From NCBI GenBank assembly GCA_021325135.1, contig JAJPHT010000039.1, positions 64,001-128,000 of the forward strand: a stretch of 64,000 nucleotides of DNA. Reading direction: 5' to 3'. The DNA is from Pseudomonadota bacterium. Its GTDB lineage: Archaea; Thermoplasmatota; SW-10-69-26; JACQPN01; JAJPHT01. The translations under genes and the position numbers were made by a program. The notes beneath the pieces were generated by a model, which was not told where the DNA came from, ran no database searches, and saw only the letters and a program-made list of their open reading frames with translations. Below are positions 1 through 9,715 of the stretch, in pieces; position 1 is the stretch's first letter; each line of letters begins with the position of its first letter.

Positions 1-1202
1 CCCGTGGGGTCCAAGGCCGCCTGGAAGAAGTCCCCCATGCGCCGGTCGTTGGGCGTCGGCGCGTTGACGACGCCGAACCCCTGCGGCCCGACGCACGAGA
101 GCCCCTGCGTGCAGATGCTTCCCGTGTGGACGTCGGGCGCAGCCACCTCCACGCCCCACGTCGCGCCCGCGTCGAGGCTCGTCGCCGCCATGAGGTCCCA
201 CTGCGTGGTGGCGAGGTCGTAGTCCGCGCCGAGGTCGACGTCGCTGCCGCCCGCGGCCTCGCGCGCCTGGTACCAGACCACGGCGACCTTGCCCGAGGCG
301 CCCGCGACGATCCACGGGAAGACCGCGCTGGGGCTGCCGACGCCCGCGGGCCCCGGGCTGGGGTCGGAGACGGGGACGGGCGCGCTCCACGAGGCCCCGC
401 CGTCCAGGCTGCGCGCGAAGAAGACCGTCTCGCCCGTGGAGGTCTGCATGGACCACGCGACGTAGAGGTCGCCCGCGTCGTCCACGGCGAGGGCGGGGAA
501 GAGGAGCGTGGTGCCGGGCGTATCCGCGGCGTGGAACGCGCTCCACGTGTAGCCGCCGTCCACGCTGCGCGCGACCTGGAGGTCGGCCCCGGTGAAGAAG
601 GGCTCCAGGAGCGAGCCGTCAGGCGCCTGCACGATGCGGCCCGCGAAGGATGCGGAAGGGACCATGGTGAAGGGGCCCGAGAAGGTCTGCGCGGCGTCCT
701 CGCTCACCCAGGCGAAGAGGCCGCCCGCGTGCGCGGTGACGACGACGTGGCCGTGCCCGCTGGCGGCCATCCACTGGCGGTCGTAGGACGAGGAGCCCGG
801 CGCCAGGTCCACCGTGCGCGCGAAGGTGCGGCCGTGGTTGAGCGACGTGGAGACGGGCATCGCGGAGTCCAGGGCGTTGGCGGCCGAGGCGAGGTCGACG
901 ACGTACACCGTGCCATCCGCGTCCACCGCCACGTCCGCGTCGCCGCCGCCCTGGCCGGTCGCGACGGAGCGCCCGAAGGTCGCGCCCCCGTCGGTGGAGG
1001 TCCACAGCACGGCCGACGACTCGAACGACGCGACGTACACCCGAGCCGGCGAGACGCTGGCGTCCACGACGACGGAGGGCTCGCTGGCCAGCACGGCGGG
1101 CGCGACGGAGACCTGCGCATACGTGGGCGGCGCGCCCGCGGCGAAGAGGGGGAGGGCGAGGAGGGCCAGGACGGCGGCGAGCGCCATCGTGCTGCGCGGC
1201 AT
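1..1202 (-). CDS. Secreted BNR/Asp-box (sialidase-like beta-propeller) protein, 3' end truncated by the window edge
   Basis: Read manually (absent from the ORF track): MPRSTMALAAVLALLALPLFAA signal peptide; Asp-boxes STDGGATF, SVDGGYTW, SLDGGASW; paralogous to 11360-13165. Confidence 0.85.
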   Translation of the reverse strand, partial: MPRSTMALAAVLALLALPLFAAGAPPTYAQVSVAPAVLASEPSVVVDASVSPARVYVASFESSAVLWTSTDGGATFGRSVATGQGGGDADVAVDADGTVYVVDLASAANALDSAMPVSTSLNHGRTFARTVDLAPGSSSYDRQWMAASGHGHVVVTAHAGGLFAWVSEDAAQTFSGPFTMVPSASFAGRIVQAPDGSLLEPFFTGADLQVARSVDGGYTWSAFHAADTPGTTLLFPALAVDDAGDLYVAWSMQTSTGETVFFARSLDGGASWSAPVPVSDPSPGPAGVGSPSAVFPWIVAGASGKVAVVWYQAREAAGGSDVDLGADYDLATTQWDLMAATSLDAGATWGVEVAAPDVHTGSICTQGLSCVGPQGFGVVNAPTPNDRRMGDFFQAALDPT

Positions 1203-1256
1203 CGGGCCCGCCACCGCGGGCAGGCCGATAAGCGTTCGCGGGAGAGCCTGGTCGGA

Positions 1257-2264
1257 TCACGCGAACGGGTTGAGCGGCGTGAGGCCGTAGAGGGGCAGCA
1301 GCGCCGCGAGGAAGCCCAGGATCGCGCCGCCGTTGAGGAGCGGCAGGCCCGCCTGCGGGTTCCCCTTGAGGACGAACCACATGAGGGCGCAGAAGCCCAG
1401 GAGACTGCCCACGAGCGTCGCGAGGGCGACGACCACCGCGCCCGAGACGCCGCCCACGGTCACCGCGTTGTCCAGGAAGGTCAGGGCGGACACGACGAGG
1501 ACGCCGGGGATCACCGCGTCGCCCAGCCCCATGAACATCGCCTCGCGCTTCTCGGGCTTGTCGTCCGGGTCCGGGTTCTTGATCTTGCGCGTCTCCTCGA
1601 GGAAGGAGTAGCCGCGGTGCTTGGGCACCACGAACATGATGGGGAGGCGAAGCTCCAGCACGCTGTCCGCCAGGTCCAGCATGTGCTTCGTGCGGTAGAC
1701 CGCGATGGCGTCGTACACCGCGAAGGCCACGAGGAGGATGAGGCTGGGCAGCAGGCCGAAGCTGATGCCGAAGATGCCGGCCGCGCCCGCCGCCACGAGG
1801 ATGCCCACCGCGTCGATGACGTACCACTCGGGGTAGAACCACAGCAGCGCCGTGAGCCCCAGGGCGAGGACGGCACCCGCGACGCCCGCAAGCCCCACGC
1901 CGAAGGGGGGGCCCGTGCGGTCCACCACCGTCCCCAGGAGCGGCGCCGCGACGTAGTAGACCGTCATCAGCACGCTGCCCAGCACGATGTACTTGATGAG
2001 CACGCGCTTGCCGAACTTCGCGATGAGCAGGATGAGCACCGTGAAGAGGACCACGATGCCCAGGTAGATGGGCGCGTTGAGCAGGCTGTTGGGGTCCGCG
2101 AACGCGCGGATGTTCTGCGAGAGGAACGTGAACGAGAACGCCATGGCCAGCGCGATGGACACGACGAAGAGCGCGCCCATGGACGCGACCGCGGGCCCGT
2201 CGCGCTTCAGGTCGGCGCGGGACGTGGGCTCGCTCGCCTGCGCGGTCGCCGTGGGCTCGGCCAT
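1257..2264 (-). CDS. Presenilin-family intramembrane aspartyl protease (PSH)
   Basis: Multiple TM helices; catalytic YD (AVYDAIAVY) and GLGD motifs; PQAGLP (PAL-like) motif. Confidence 0.93.
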   Translation of the reverse strand: MAEPTATAQASEPTSRADLKRDGPAVASMGALFVVSIALAMAFSFTFLSQNIRAFADPNSLLNAPIYLGIVVLFTVLILLIAKFGKRVLIKYIVLGSVLMTVYYVAAPLLGTVVDRTGPPFGVGLAGVAGAVLALGLTALLWFYPEWYVIDAVGILVAAGAAGIFGISFGLLPSLILLVAFAVYDAIAVYRTKHMLDLADSVLELRLPIMFVVPKHRGYSFLEETRKIKNPDPDDKPEKREAMFMGLGDAVIPGVLVVSALTFLDNAVTVGGVSGAVVVALATLVGSLLGFCALMWFVLKGNPQAGLPLLNGGAILGFLAALLPLYGLTPLNPFA

Positions 2265-2312
2265 CGCGCGGCGAGCGGACGCGCGCTATTTGAGGGTTCT
2301 CGGTTGCGCCGC

Positions 2313-2780
2313 CTAGGCCGTGGGCGCCTTGCCGCCCTTCGCTGCCATGGCGATCTCGCGCTCGATGAGTCCGAAGCCCGCCGTGAGGCTCGCGCGCCAC
2401 TGCTCCACCATCTGCGGCAGCGCGCCCGCGAGCGGGGGCGAGGGCGTGACGGTCATCTCCACGCGGTGCAGCGTGCCGTCGCCGTGGGGGCGCACGCTCT
2501 CGCGGATGACGAACGAGAAGAGCACGTTCCCCTGCGGGTCGCGCTGGTCGCCGCGCACGGTCCAGCGGTCCTCCGCCGCGACGTCCACGGTCATCGCCAT
2601 GAGGCCCATGGGGTTGTCCTGCTCGCGGCGCACGACGTGCCCCTGACGGACGACGCGGAAGGGCGTGGCGTCGCCGAAGAAGCGGCCATCGTCGGCGCGG
2701 TAGTCGGTCATCCACTCCTTCACGAAGCGGGGCGGGGCGTGGAAGCGGTTCTCCAGGACGAGGTTGGGGGCTTCGGTCAT
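2313..2780 (-). CDS. Hypothetical protein, SRPBCC/START-like
   Basis: 155 aa; GC3-rich codons; beta-rich core with a C-terminal helix. Confidence 0.6.
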   Translation of the reverse strand: MTEAPNLVLENRFHAPPRFVKEWMTDYRADDGRFFGDATPFRVVRQGHVVRREQDNPMGLMAMTVDVAAEDRWTVRGDQRDPQGNVLFSFVIRESVRPHGDGTLHRVEMTVTPSPPLAGALPQMVEQWRASLTAGFGLIEREIAMAAKGGKAPTA

Positions 2781-2885
2781 GTCGGGACCTCACGCCCTCG
2801 AAGGCGCGCCGGGGTGCTCATCCCTGCGGGGCCGCCCGCCCCGATTTCGGACACGCTTATGGCCCGGGGGAAGGGATGCCGCCGC

Positions 2886-3824
2886 GTGGACGACGTGGAC
2901 GTGGCCATCCTGCGCGAGCTGTCGCGGGAACGGGTCGTCGTGTGGGGCACGCAGGACCCGCGCCTCTCGGCCCAGGCCATCGCCCGCCGGCTCTCCCTGG
3001 ACCCGACGACGGTGCGCGACCGGCTGCGCGCCTGGCAGAAGGAGGGCTTCCTCCTGGGGTTCACGGTGCTCCCCAACACGTCGCTCTTCGGCGCGGGCAT
3101 GGCCAGCGGGGCGCTGCGCGTCCCCGATCCGCGCGCGAAGGCCGGCGTGCTCGCCGCGCTGCGCAGGAGCGAAGGCGTGATCGGCCTCATGGACCACGTG
3201 GGGGAGTGGATCGGCGTCGGCTACATGGACGAGAGCGGGGAGGCGCTCCAGGAGCACGCCGCCGCCGTGGCCGCGCTGCCCGGCGTCGCGGAGGCCACGC
3301 CCCCCTTCCGCGTGCCCACCCTCGTCTCCACCATCGACCTCACGCCGCTGGACTGGCGCATGCTGCGCGCGCTGCGGGCGCACCCGCGCGAGGGGCTGGC
3401 CGTCGCGGCGAAGGAGGCCGGCGTCTCCACGCGCACGTTCACGCGGCGCTACGAGCGGCTCGTCGAAGGGCGCGCGCTCTGGTCCATCGGCCTCTACGAC
3501 TTCGGCCGCTGCGAGGGGCGCGTCCCCGTGCAGCTCATCCTCACCATGGAGGACGCCGAGGCCGCCGCCTCGGGGTGGGCTGCGCTGCGCAAGGCGCACC
3601 CCGGCTGGTTCGCGGGCCACGTCGTCCCCACGCCCGTCGAGGGCTCGCCCCTCCAGGTGGCCGACCTCTACTTCGCGCTGCCGCGCATGGGCGACCTGGA
3701 CCGGCTCGTGGCCGACGCCTGGGAGCTTCCGGGCGCGCGCGAGGTGGAGGCGTACCACCCGCTGCGCTTCGAGATGTTCGGCGGGTGGGCGGACGAGCGG
3801 ATCGCGGAGGCGCTGGGGAGCTAG
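2886..3824 (+). CDS. Lrp/AsnC-like regulator with two HTH modules
   Basis: VDDVDVAILREL...IARRLSLDPTTVRDRL and LTPLDWRMLRAL...AKEAGVSTRTFTRRYERL; GTG start inferred. Confidence 0.85.
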   Translation: MDDVDVAILRELSRERVVVWGTQDPRLSAQAIARRLSLDPTTVRDRLRAWQKEGFLLGFTVLPNTSLFGAGMASGALRVPDPRAKAGVLAALRRSEGVIGLMDHVGEWIGVGYMDESGEALQEHAAAVAALPGVAEATPPFRVPTLVSTIDLTPLDWRMLRALRAHPREGLAVAAKEAGVSTRTFTRRYERLVEGRALWSIGLYDFGRCEGRVPVQLILTMEDAEAAASGWAALRKAHPGWFAGHVVPTPVEGSPLQVADLYFALPRMGDLDRLVADAWELPGAREVEAYHPLRFEMFGGWADERIAEALGS

Positions 3825-4327
3825 CGCCCTTCGAACGCCGTGACGAGGTCCCACGCGTTGCCCGCGCCGATGACGACGAGCAGCAGCGCCGCGACGGCGA
3901 GCGCGCCCTGGCCGCGCCCGTCTCCGTTCAGGACCGCGACGCCGCCCACGAGGACCATCACGCGCGCGAGCACGGGGCCCGCCAGGCGCCACACGATGGG
4001 GATGGCGCGCAGCGCCTCGCGCTCCTGGGCGGGCGCGTTGCGCAGGCGCGTGACGGCGAGGACGCTCTGCACGAGGCTGATGGAGCCGGCGATGAGGAGG
4101 ACGATGGCGAGGCTGCGGTCGTCGGGCCAGGGCGCGAGCAGGATCGCGGCGAGCCCCATGGCCGTCAGGAAGTAGTAGAACGCGCCGCGCGCCAGCGTGA
4201 CGGCGTGCCGCGACCCGAGGATCTCGCGCATGCGGAGCGTGAGCGCGACGAAGACGAGGCCCGCCAGCGTGGCCGACGCGCCGCCCACGAAAAGCCAGAA
4301 GTCGTGCCACGGCGCGAGGTCGAGCAT
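3821..4327 (-). CDS. Hypothetical multi-pass membrane protein
   Basis: MLDLAPWHDFWLFVGGASATLAGLVFVAL; about 5 hydrophobic segments; follows pccB. Confidence 0.75.
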   Translation of the reverse strand: MLDLAPWHDFWLFVGGASATLAGLVFVALTLRMREILGSRHAVTLARGAFYYFLTAMGLAAILLAPWPDDRSLAIVLLIAGSISLVQSVLAVTRLRNAPAQEREALRAIPIVWRLAGPVLARVMVLVGGVAVLNGDGRGQGALAVAALLLVVIGAGNAWDLVTAFEGR

Positions 4328-4332
4328 GCGGT

Positions 4333-5883
4333 TCACAAGGGAATGTTCCCATGCTTGCGCCAGGGGCGAGGCTCCTCCTTCGCGAGGCACGCCTCCAGGT
4401 TGGCGATGAGCTTGGCCCGCGTCTCCTGCGGCTCGATGACGTCGTCCACGTACCCCTTCTCCGCCGCGACGTAGGGGTTGGCGAAGTGCTCGCGGTAGTC
4501 CTCGACGACCTCGCGGCGCTTGGCGGCGGGGTCCGCGGCCTCCTTCAGCTCCTGCCGGTAGAGGATGTTCACCGCGCCTTCGGGGCCCATGACGGCGATC
4601 TCCGCGCCGGGCCACGCGGCGTTGTAGTCCGCGCGGACGTGCTTGCTGCTCATGACGTCGTAGGCCCCGCCGTAGGCCTTGCGCGTGATGACCGTGAGCT
4701 TGGGCACGGTGGCCTCGCAGTACGCGTAGAGGAGCTTCGCGCCCTGGCGGATGATGCCGCGGAACTCCTGGTCCGTCCCGGGGAGGAAGCCGGGCACGTC
4801 CACGAAGGTGACCAGCGGGATGTTGAACGCGTCGCAGAAGCGCACGAAGCGGCCCGCCTTGACGGAGGCCGCGATGTCCAGCACGCCCGCGAGCACCTTG
4901 GGCTGGTTGCCCACGACGCCCACGGCCTGGCCGTCGAGGCGCGCGAAGCCCACGACGATGTTCTTCGCGTAGTCGGCGTGGACCTCCAGGAAGCTGTCCT
5001 GGTCCACGACGCGCGAGATCACGTCTTTGATATCATAGGGCTTGTTGGGGTCGGCGGGCACGATCTTCGCCAGCTCGTCGGCCGCGCCTGGCGCCGGAGG
5101 GCGCGCCTCCACGAGGGGCGGGCGCTGGCCGTTGTTGCTGGGCAGGTAGGAGAGGAGGCGGCGGATGGTGAAGAGGGCGTCCTCCTCGTCGTCGCTGCGG
5201 AAGTGGGCGACGCCGCTCTTCTCGTTGTGCGTGTGCGCGCCGCCCAGCGTCTCGAAGTCCACCTCCTCGCCCGTGACGGTCTTGATGACGTCCGGGCCGG
5301 TGATGAACATGTGGGCGGTCTTGTCCGCCATGATGATGAAGTCGGTGATGGCGGGCGAGTAGACGGCGCCGCCCGCGCAGGGCCCGAGGATCGCGCTGAT
5401 CTGCGGGATGACGCCGCTGGAGACGGTGTTGCGCCAGAAGATCTCCGCGTAGCCGCCCAGCGCGTCCACGCCCTCCTGGATGCGCGCGCCGCCGCTGTCA
5501 TTGAGCCCGATGACCGGCGCGCCGTTCTTCAGCGCGAGGTCCATGATCTTGCAGATCTTCGCCGCGTGCGCGAGGCCCAGCGAGCCGCCGAAGACGGTGA
5601 AGTCCTGCGCGAAGACGTAGACGAGGCGGCCGTCCACCTTGCCGAAGCCGGTGACGACGCCGTCGCCCATGGGCTTGTTCTTGTCCATGCCGAAGCGCGT
5701 CGCCTGGTGGACGACGAACGCGTCGACCTCCTGGAACGTGCCCGCGTCCAGGAGCAGGTCGATGCGCTCGCGGGCGGTGAGCTTCCCCGAGGCGTGCTGC
5801 TTCTCGATGCGCGCGCGCCCGCCGCCGAGCCTCGTCTGCTCGCGCACCTTGCGCAGCTCGTTGACCTTCTCGTCGGAGGTCAT
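4333..5883 (-). CDS. pccB: Acyl-CoA (propionyl/methylmalonyl-CoA) carboxyltransferase beta subunit
   Basis: [41 protein letters not shown]-terminal KHGNIPL. Confidence 0.95.
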   Translation of the reverse strand: MTSDEKVNELRKVREQTRLGGGRARIEKQHASGKLTARERIDLLLDAGTFQEVDAFVVHQATRFGMDKNKPMGDGVVTGFGKVDGRLVYVFAQDFTVFGGSLGLAHAAKICKIMDLALKNGAPVIGLNDSGGARIQEGVDALGGYAEIFWRNTVSSGVIPQISAILGPCAGGAVYSPAITDFIIMADKTAHMFITGPDVIKTVTGEEVDFETLGGAHTHNEKSGVAHFRSDDEEDALFTIRRLLSYLPSNNGQRPPLVEARPPAPGAADELAKIVPADPNKPYDIKDVISRVVDQDSFLEVHADYAKNIVVGFARLDGQAVGVVGNQPKVLAGVLDIAASVKAGRFVRFCDAFNIPLVTFVDVPGFLPGTDQEFRGIIRQGAKLLYAYCEATVPKLTVITRKAYGGAYDVMSSKHVRADYNAAWPGAEIAVMGPEGAVNILYRQELKEAADPAAKRREVVEDYREHFANPYVAAEKGYVDDVIEPQETRAKLIANLEACLAKEEPRPWRKHGNIPL

Positions 5884-5925
5884 CACGCGGCCAACGGGGG
5901 TGGGGCACTTGAAGCGTGCGGTGCC

Positions 5926-6357
5926 TCAGGGCCCTTCGAGGTGGCGCTGGAGGTGGCGGGCCGTCTCTTCGAGGTTCTTCCTCCCCATGCGCTGCATCAT
6001 CGGGCCCATGATCCGGAAGAGGCCCTTGGGGCGCATCTCGATCTCGTGGTCGATGCGCGTCTGGCCGCCCTGCGGCGTGAAGACGAACCGGTGCCCGCCC
6101 TCCAGCATCCTCATGTGCGGGACGATCCGCACGCGGCCGTTGCGCTCGAACTCCTCCAGCGTCTGCCGCACCTTGCCGAACCCCTTGATCTCCAGCTCGA
6201 AGCGCGAGCCCTCCGCGATCTCGCCCTCGTCGAGCCTGCGCGCGCTGGGATTCCGGGGGTTCCACTCGGGAAAGCGCTCGACGTGGATCACGGCCTCGAA
6301 GACGTCCTGCACGGGGCGCCGGATCACCTGGCTCATCCGGAAGACCGCGATGCCCAT
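5926..6357 (-). CDS. SRPBCC family protein
   Basis: VIRRPVQDVF...FPEWNP pattern; 143 aa. Confidence 0.85.
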   Translation of the reverse strand: MGIAVFRMSQVIRRPVQDVFEAVIHVERFPEWNPRNPSARRLDEGEIAEGSRFELEIKGFGKVRQTLEEFERNGRVRIVPHMRMLEGGHRFVFTPQGGQTRIDHEIEMRPKGLFRIMGPMMQRMGRKNLEETARHLQRHLEGP

Positions 6358-6360
6358 CAC

Positions 6361-6750
6361 CTACTTCGGCTCGCTCTTCCAGGCCGCGAGGATGGGCCCG
6401 CCCGGGACCTTGAACCAGAAGAACGTCCCCATGCCTGGGATGGTCGTCCGCGGGAGCACGATCTCCCCGCCGCCGCGCTTCACCTTCTCCAGCGCCGCGT
6501 CCACGTCCTCCACCGTGACGTAGCTCATGCTGCCCGGGGACTCGCTCTTCTGCGTCGGCCGGATGCCGCCGCGGGCGCCGCCGGGGCTCTGGAACGCGTG
6601 GTAGTCGCCCCCGGGCCCCCGGAGCGTCTCGAAGGTCCAGCCGAAGGTCGTCTCCAGGAACCTGCGCGTGGCGGCCGGGTCCGCGCTCGCAAGCTCGGTG
6701 TGCCCCAGGCCGTTGGCCGGCTGCTCGGGCGTCGTCGTGGGTCGCGTCAT
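6361..6750 (-). CDS. VOC/glyoxalase family protein
   Basis: HTELASADP..FLETTFGW; YVTVEDVDAALEKV..GG; IPGMGTFFWF. Confidence 0.9.
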   Translation of the reverse strand: MTRPTTTPEQPANGLGHTELASADPAATRRFLETTFGWTFETLRGPGGDYHAFQSPGGARGGIRPTQKSESPGSMSYVTVEDVDAALEKVKRGGGEIVLPRTTIPGMGTFFWFKVPGGPILAAWKSEPK

Positions 6751-6812
6751 CGTCGCACCTTTCGCCTGCCAGGCTCCGAAAACCCATAAAGCGCCCAGGG
6801 TCTGCCCGGATA

Positions 6813-7220
6813 GTGCCCCGGAAGGCAGGTCGTCCCCGCCGGGCGGACGCGCCCCCCGCGCCGCCCAAGAGCCCCGTCGTCAAGGGCGAGTTCGGGGTGT
6901 TCGGCCACAAGTGGGCGCTTGCGATCCTCCAGGACGTCGCGTTCTCGAAGCTCACCCGCTTCGGCGAGATCCTGAGGAGCAATCCCGGCCTGACCCCGCG
7001 CGTCCTGTCCCGCCGCCTCGCCGAGATGTGCGAGCAGGGCATCCTGACGAAGGAGGGGGACCGGCAGCACGCGCGTTATCGTCTCACCCCCAAGGGGGAG
7101 GACGCGGCGTTCATCCTGCTGGCGCTCCTGCGCTACGGCGTCCGGCACGGCCCGACGGACCCCGCCATGGACGACCCTGCCAGAAAGAGCCTATCCCCGG
7201 CGAGCGAGCCGGAGGCATGA
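6813..7220 (+). CDS. HxlR-family winged-HTH regulator
   Basis: KWALAIL, RFGEI, GLTPRVLSRRL, YRLTPKG; divergent from the VOC/SRPBCC genes. Confidence 0.9.
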   Translation: MPRKAGRPRRADAPPAPPKSPVVKGEFGVFGHKWALAILQDVAFSKLTRFGEILRSNPGLTPRVLSRRLAEMCEQGILTKEGDRQHARYRLTPKGEDAAFILLALLRYGVRHGPTDPAMDDPARKSLSPASEPEA

Positions 7221-7423
7221 TCGAGCCCGGCCCCGGCGTCCCCGACACGCCCGAGGAGCTTCTCCTCGCGCAGCGCAACGCGTTCCTGGAGTCCCTCTCC
7301 ATCGAGGCCAAGGAGCGCTTCCTGGACGCGCTCACGGGCGCCAAGGAGCGGGGGCTCTCGGACAAGGCCGCGTGGGAAGAGGCCGTCGTCGCGGCGGAGA
7401 CGACCTACGCGGCAGAACGCTGA
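7217..7423 (+). CDS. Small hypothetical protein (68 aa)
   Basis: ATGA overlap with the HxlR stop; GGAGG RBS; MIEPGPGVPDTPEELL... Confidence 0.65.
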   Translation: MIEPGPGVPDTPEELLLAQRNAFLESLSIEAKERFLDALTGAKERGLSDKAAWEEAVVAAETTYAAER

Positions 7424-7448
7424 TACGCGCGGCCCCGATGGAGCGTCC

Positions 7449-8069
7449 ATGGCGGACGAGCACGACCACGATCACGACCACGGCACCCTGCATTTCCTTG
7501 GCGCCGAGGTCCACGACGAGACGCTGGAGATGCTCCGCCCGCTGCACCCCGCCCTCGCGGAGAACCTGGCGCTGACGCGCGCCTGGGCCACCCTCTCCGA
7601 GGAGGATCGCAAGCGCGCGCCCGAGACGCAGCGCAAGGTGGAGCACTTCGAAGGGTGGACGCCGGGCTATCATTCTCCGGGCGACAGGTGCGCGACCTGC
7701 GGCGGCATGGTGGGGCCCCTGTACGTGGACCGCTTCCAGGAGGGCACGCTGGCCTACGCGCCGTTCATCTCCAACCTGCCCGTGCACCCCACGCAGGCGT
7801 GCCTCGACGGGTTCCGCAAGGCGAGGCCCGACCTCTCGCCCCGCGCCGTGGACCTCGCCCGGCGGCAGCTGACCAAGGACCTCGCGCGCCCCAGCGCCGG
7901 CATGTCGCAGTTCTTCCGCCACGACGTGCTGCTCCACCCGCCCTTCGGCCTGGAGGACTGGGGCAACTCCGTGCTGGAGGCCAACCCCAAGGGGCTCGAC
8001 AAGCCGACGCTCAAGGACATGCAGCGGCTCGTCGAGTGGGTCCACGCGCGGCTGTTCCACGGCCACTGA
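7449..8069 (+). CDS. Hypothetical metal-binding protein
   Basis: N-terminal EHDHDHDHG; CATC...HPTQAC; C-terminal HGH. Confidence 0.7.
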   Translation: MADEHDHDHDHGTLHFLGAEVHDETLEMLRPLHPALAENLALTRAWATLSEEDRKRAPETQRKVEHFEGWTPGYHSPGDRCATCGGMVGPLYVDRFQEGTLAYAPFISNLPVHPTQACLDGFRKARPDLSPRAVDLARRQLTKDLARPSAGMSQFFRHDVLLHPPFGLEDWGNSVLEANPKGLDKPTLKDMQRLVEWVHARLFHGH

Positions 8070-8138
8070 GCATCACTTTCCTGGCGCATCCAACAAGGAC
8101 AGGACAGGGACGCGTCGAGCAGGGTGTCGGCGACCCCC

Positions 8139-8582
8139 ATGCTCGCGAACCCCCGAACCCTCCCCGCCCTGCTGCTGACCTCCCTCGTCGCGCTCTCCGG
8201 CGCCGCCATGGCCGACGCCTCCCTTGCTGGCCTCGTGGACGTGGACGCCTCCGCCCACGTGGACGCCTCCGGCGCGCAGGCCCTCGTCGAGGGCGCCGTC
8301 GAGGACGCGCATGCTGCTGCGGACCGCACGCAGGCCGACGCCCAGGCGCACGTCGAGGCCGGCGCCTCGGCCGCGACCGGCGCGAAGGCCCACGCGGAGT
8401 CCGGCCTTCAGGCGAACCTCCACGCCTTGGGCGCGTGGCTGCGCGGCCTCTTCGGCGCGGCGCAGGAGACCAAGGCCGAGGTCTCCGCCCAGGTCCAGAC
8501 CCCTGAGGTGCCCCAGCCCCCGCAGCCCCCGGTGGGCCTCCTTGCGTCGATCCAGGCCGGCCTGGGCGCGCTCCTTCATTAG
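8139..8582 (+). CDS. Secreted Ala-rich hypothetical protein
   Basis: Signal peptide LPALLLTSLVALSGAAMA; low-complexity body. Confidence 0.65.
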   Translation: MLANPRTLPALLLTSLVALSGAAMADASLAGLVDVDASAHVDASGAQALVEGAVEDAHAAADRTQADAQAHVEAGASAATGAKAHAESGLQANLHALGAWLRGLFGAAQETKAEVSAQVQTPEVPQPPQPPVGLLASIQAGLGALLH

Positions 8583-8659
8583 GCGCGGAGGGTGACCCTT
8601 CGAAGTCCGCAACAACCCCCTTATAGCCCCGCGCACAGGACTGCGCGTCGAGGACTGCC

Positions 8660-9229
8660 ATGCGAACCTCGAACCTCCTCATCACCCTCCTTGCCTTGGC
8701 CCTCGCCGTCGTCGGCGGGGTCGCGGCGTTCGCTGCCGCCACGGGCAACGAGTCCGCGGACGACCATCCCGGCGCCCGCGGCCCGCACGACAACGAGACC
8801 AACGAGACGCCCGAGAACCACACCGCGCCCCACCCGCACAACGAGACGGACGAGAAGGCGCGCCACGACGAGCTTGAGCAGGCCCGCCACGACGCCATCG
8901 AGTCGTTCCGCGAGAACCGCAGCGCGGCCATCAAGGACTACCTCGCGGCGCTCAACGCGACGCGGACCAGCTTCCTGGAGAACAAGACCAAGGTCATCGA
9001 CGACTGCCGCGCGCAGCACAACGCGACCAAGGACAACGAGACCGAGCGCGGCGCGTTCGGCCACTGCGTCCAGGACGGCCTGAAGCCCCTCATCGAGAAG
9101 GCGCACGCCGAGATCAAGGCCGCGCAGGACGCGCTCCGCGAGAAGCTCCTCTCGTTCCGCGGCCACGCGCTGGGCAAGTTCTTCCACGACCGCGATTTCA
9201 TCAACGTGCGCCACGGCCACCACGGGTGA
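8660..9229 (+). CDS. Secreted helical glycoprotein
   Basis: Signal peptide; about 10 N-x-S/T sequons; 2 Cys; His-rich end. Confidence 0.8.
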   Translation: MRTSNLLITLLALALAVVGGVAAFAAATGNESADDHPGARGPHDNETNETPENHTAPHPHNETDEKARHDELEQARHDAIESFRENRSAAIKDYLAALNATRTSFLENKTKVIDDCRAQHNATKDNETERGAFGHCVQDGLKPLIEKAHAEIKAAQDALREKLLSFRGHALGKFFHDRDFINVRHGHHG

Positions 9230-9235
9230 GCCCGG

Positions 9236-9631
9236 TTGAGGCTCCCCTACGCGCTCCTGGCGGGGGCGCTCCTCGCGCTCCCGCTCGCGCACGCGCAGGC
9301 CGACAACTCCACCTCGGACCCCACGGTGAACCAGAGCGACTTCGACACGTCGCCGCCCCCCGCGGACGACGCGTACCTCAACGACACGAACGCGACCGCG
9401 CAGGACAACGCGACGGACAACGGCACCGCGGCCGCGGACCCGACGCTGAGCGACTCGGACCTCGACACGTCCATCCCCAGCGACGACCTCTCGTGGCTCA
9501 ACGACAGCGCCGACGCGGGCCCCAGCTCGGCGGGCCCTGCCACGGCGGCCCGCGCGACGCCGGGCTTCGACGCCCTCGCCGTCGCGGGCGCCGCGCTCGT
9601 CGCGGTCCTCGTCGCCGGCCGGCGCCGCTGA
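9236..9631 (+). CDS. Small acidic surface protein with PGF-CTERM sorting signal
   Basis: Signal peptide; C-terminal TPGFDALAVAGAALVAVLVAGRRR; internal duplicated DPTxxxSDxDTS motif. Confidence 0.85.
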   Translation: MRLPYALLAGALLALPLAHAQADNSTSDPTVNQSDFDTSPPPADDAYLNDTNATAQDNATDNGTAAADPTLSDSDLDTSIPSDDLSWLNDSADAGPSSAGPATAARATPGFDALAVAGAALVAVLVAGRRR

Positions 9632-9715
9632 TCGCGCCCCCCGCGGGGCTTTTCACTCCCCGCGGGCGCTCCTTGTTCGAAAAGGGCTTATCAACCGGGG
9701 GTGATGGCTGGGGCG

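Noticed and set aside
126-2885. Very long ORFs in the track (e.g. 126-3824, 9653-13378, 49517-53323, 40703-43432)
   Set aside because: Arg/Gly/Ala-rich antisense or off-frame shadows of real genes in high-GC DNA; only short terminal parts are real in a few cases.
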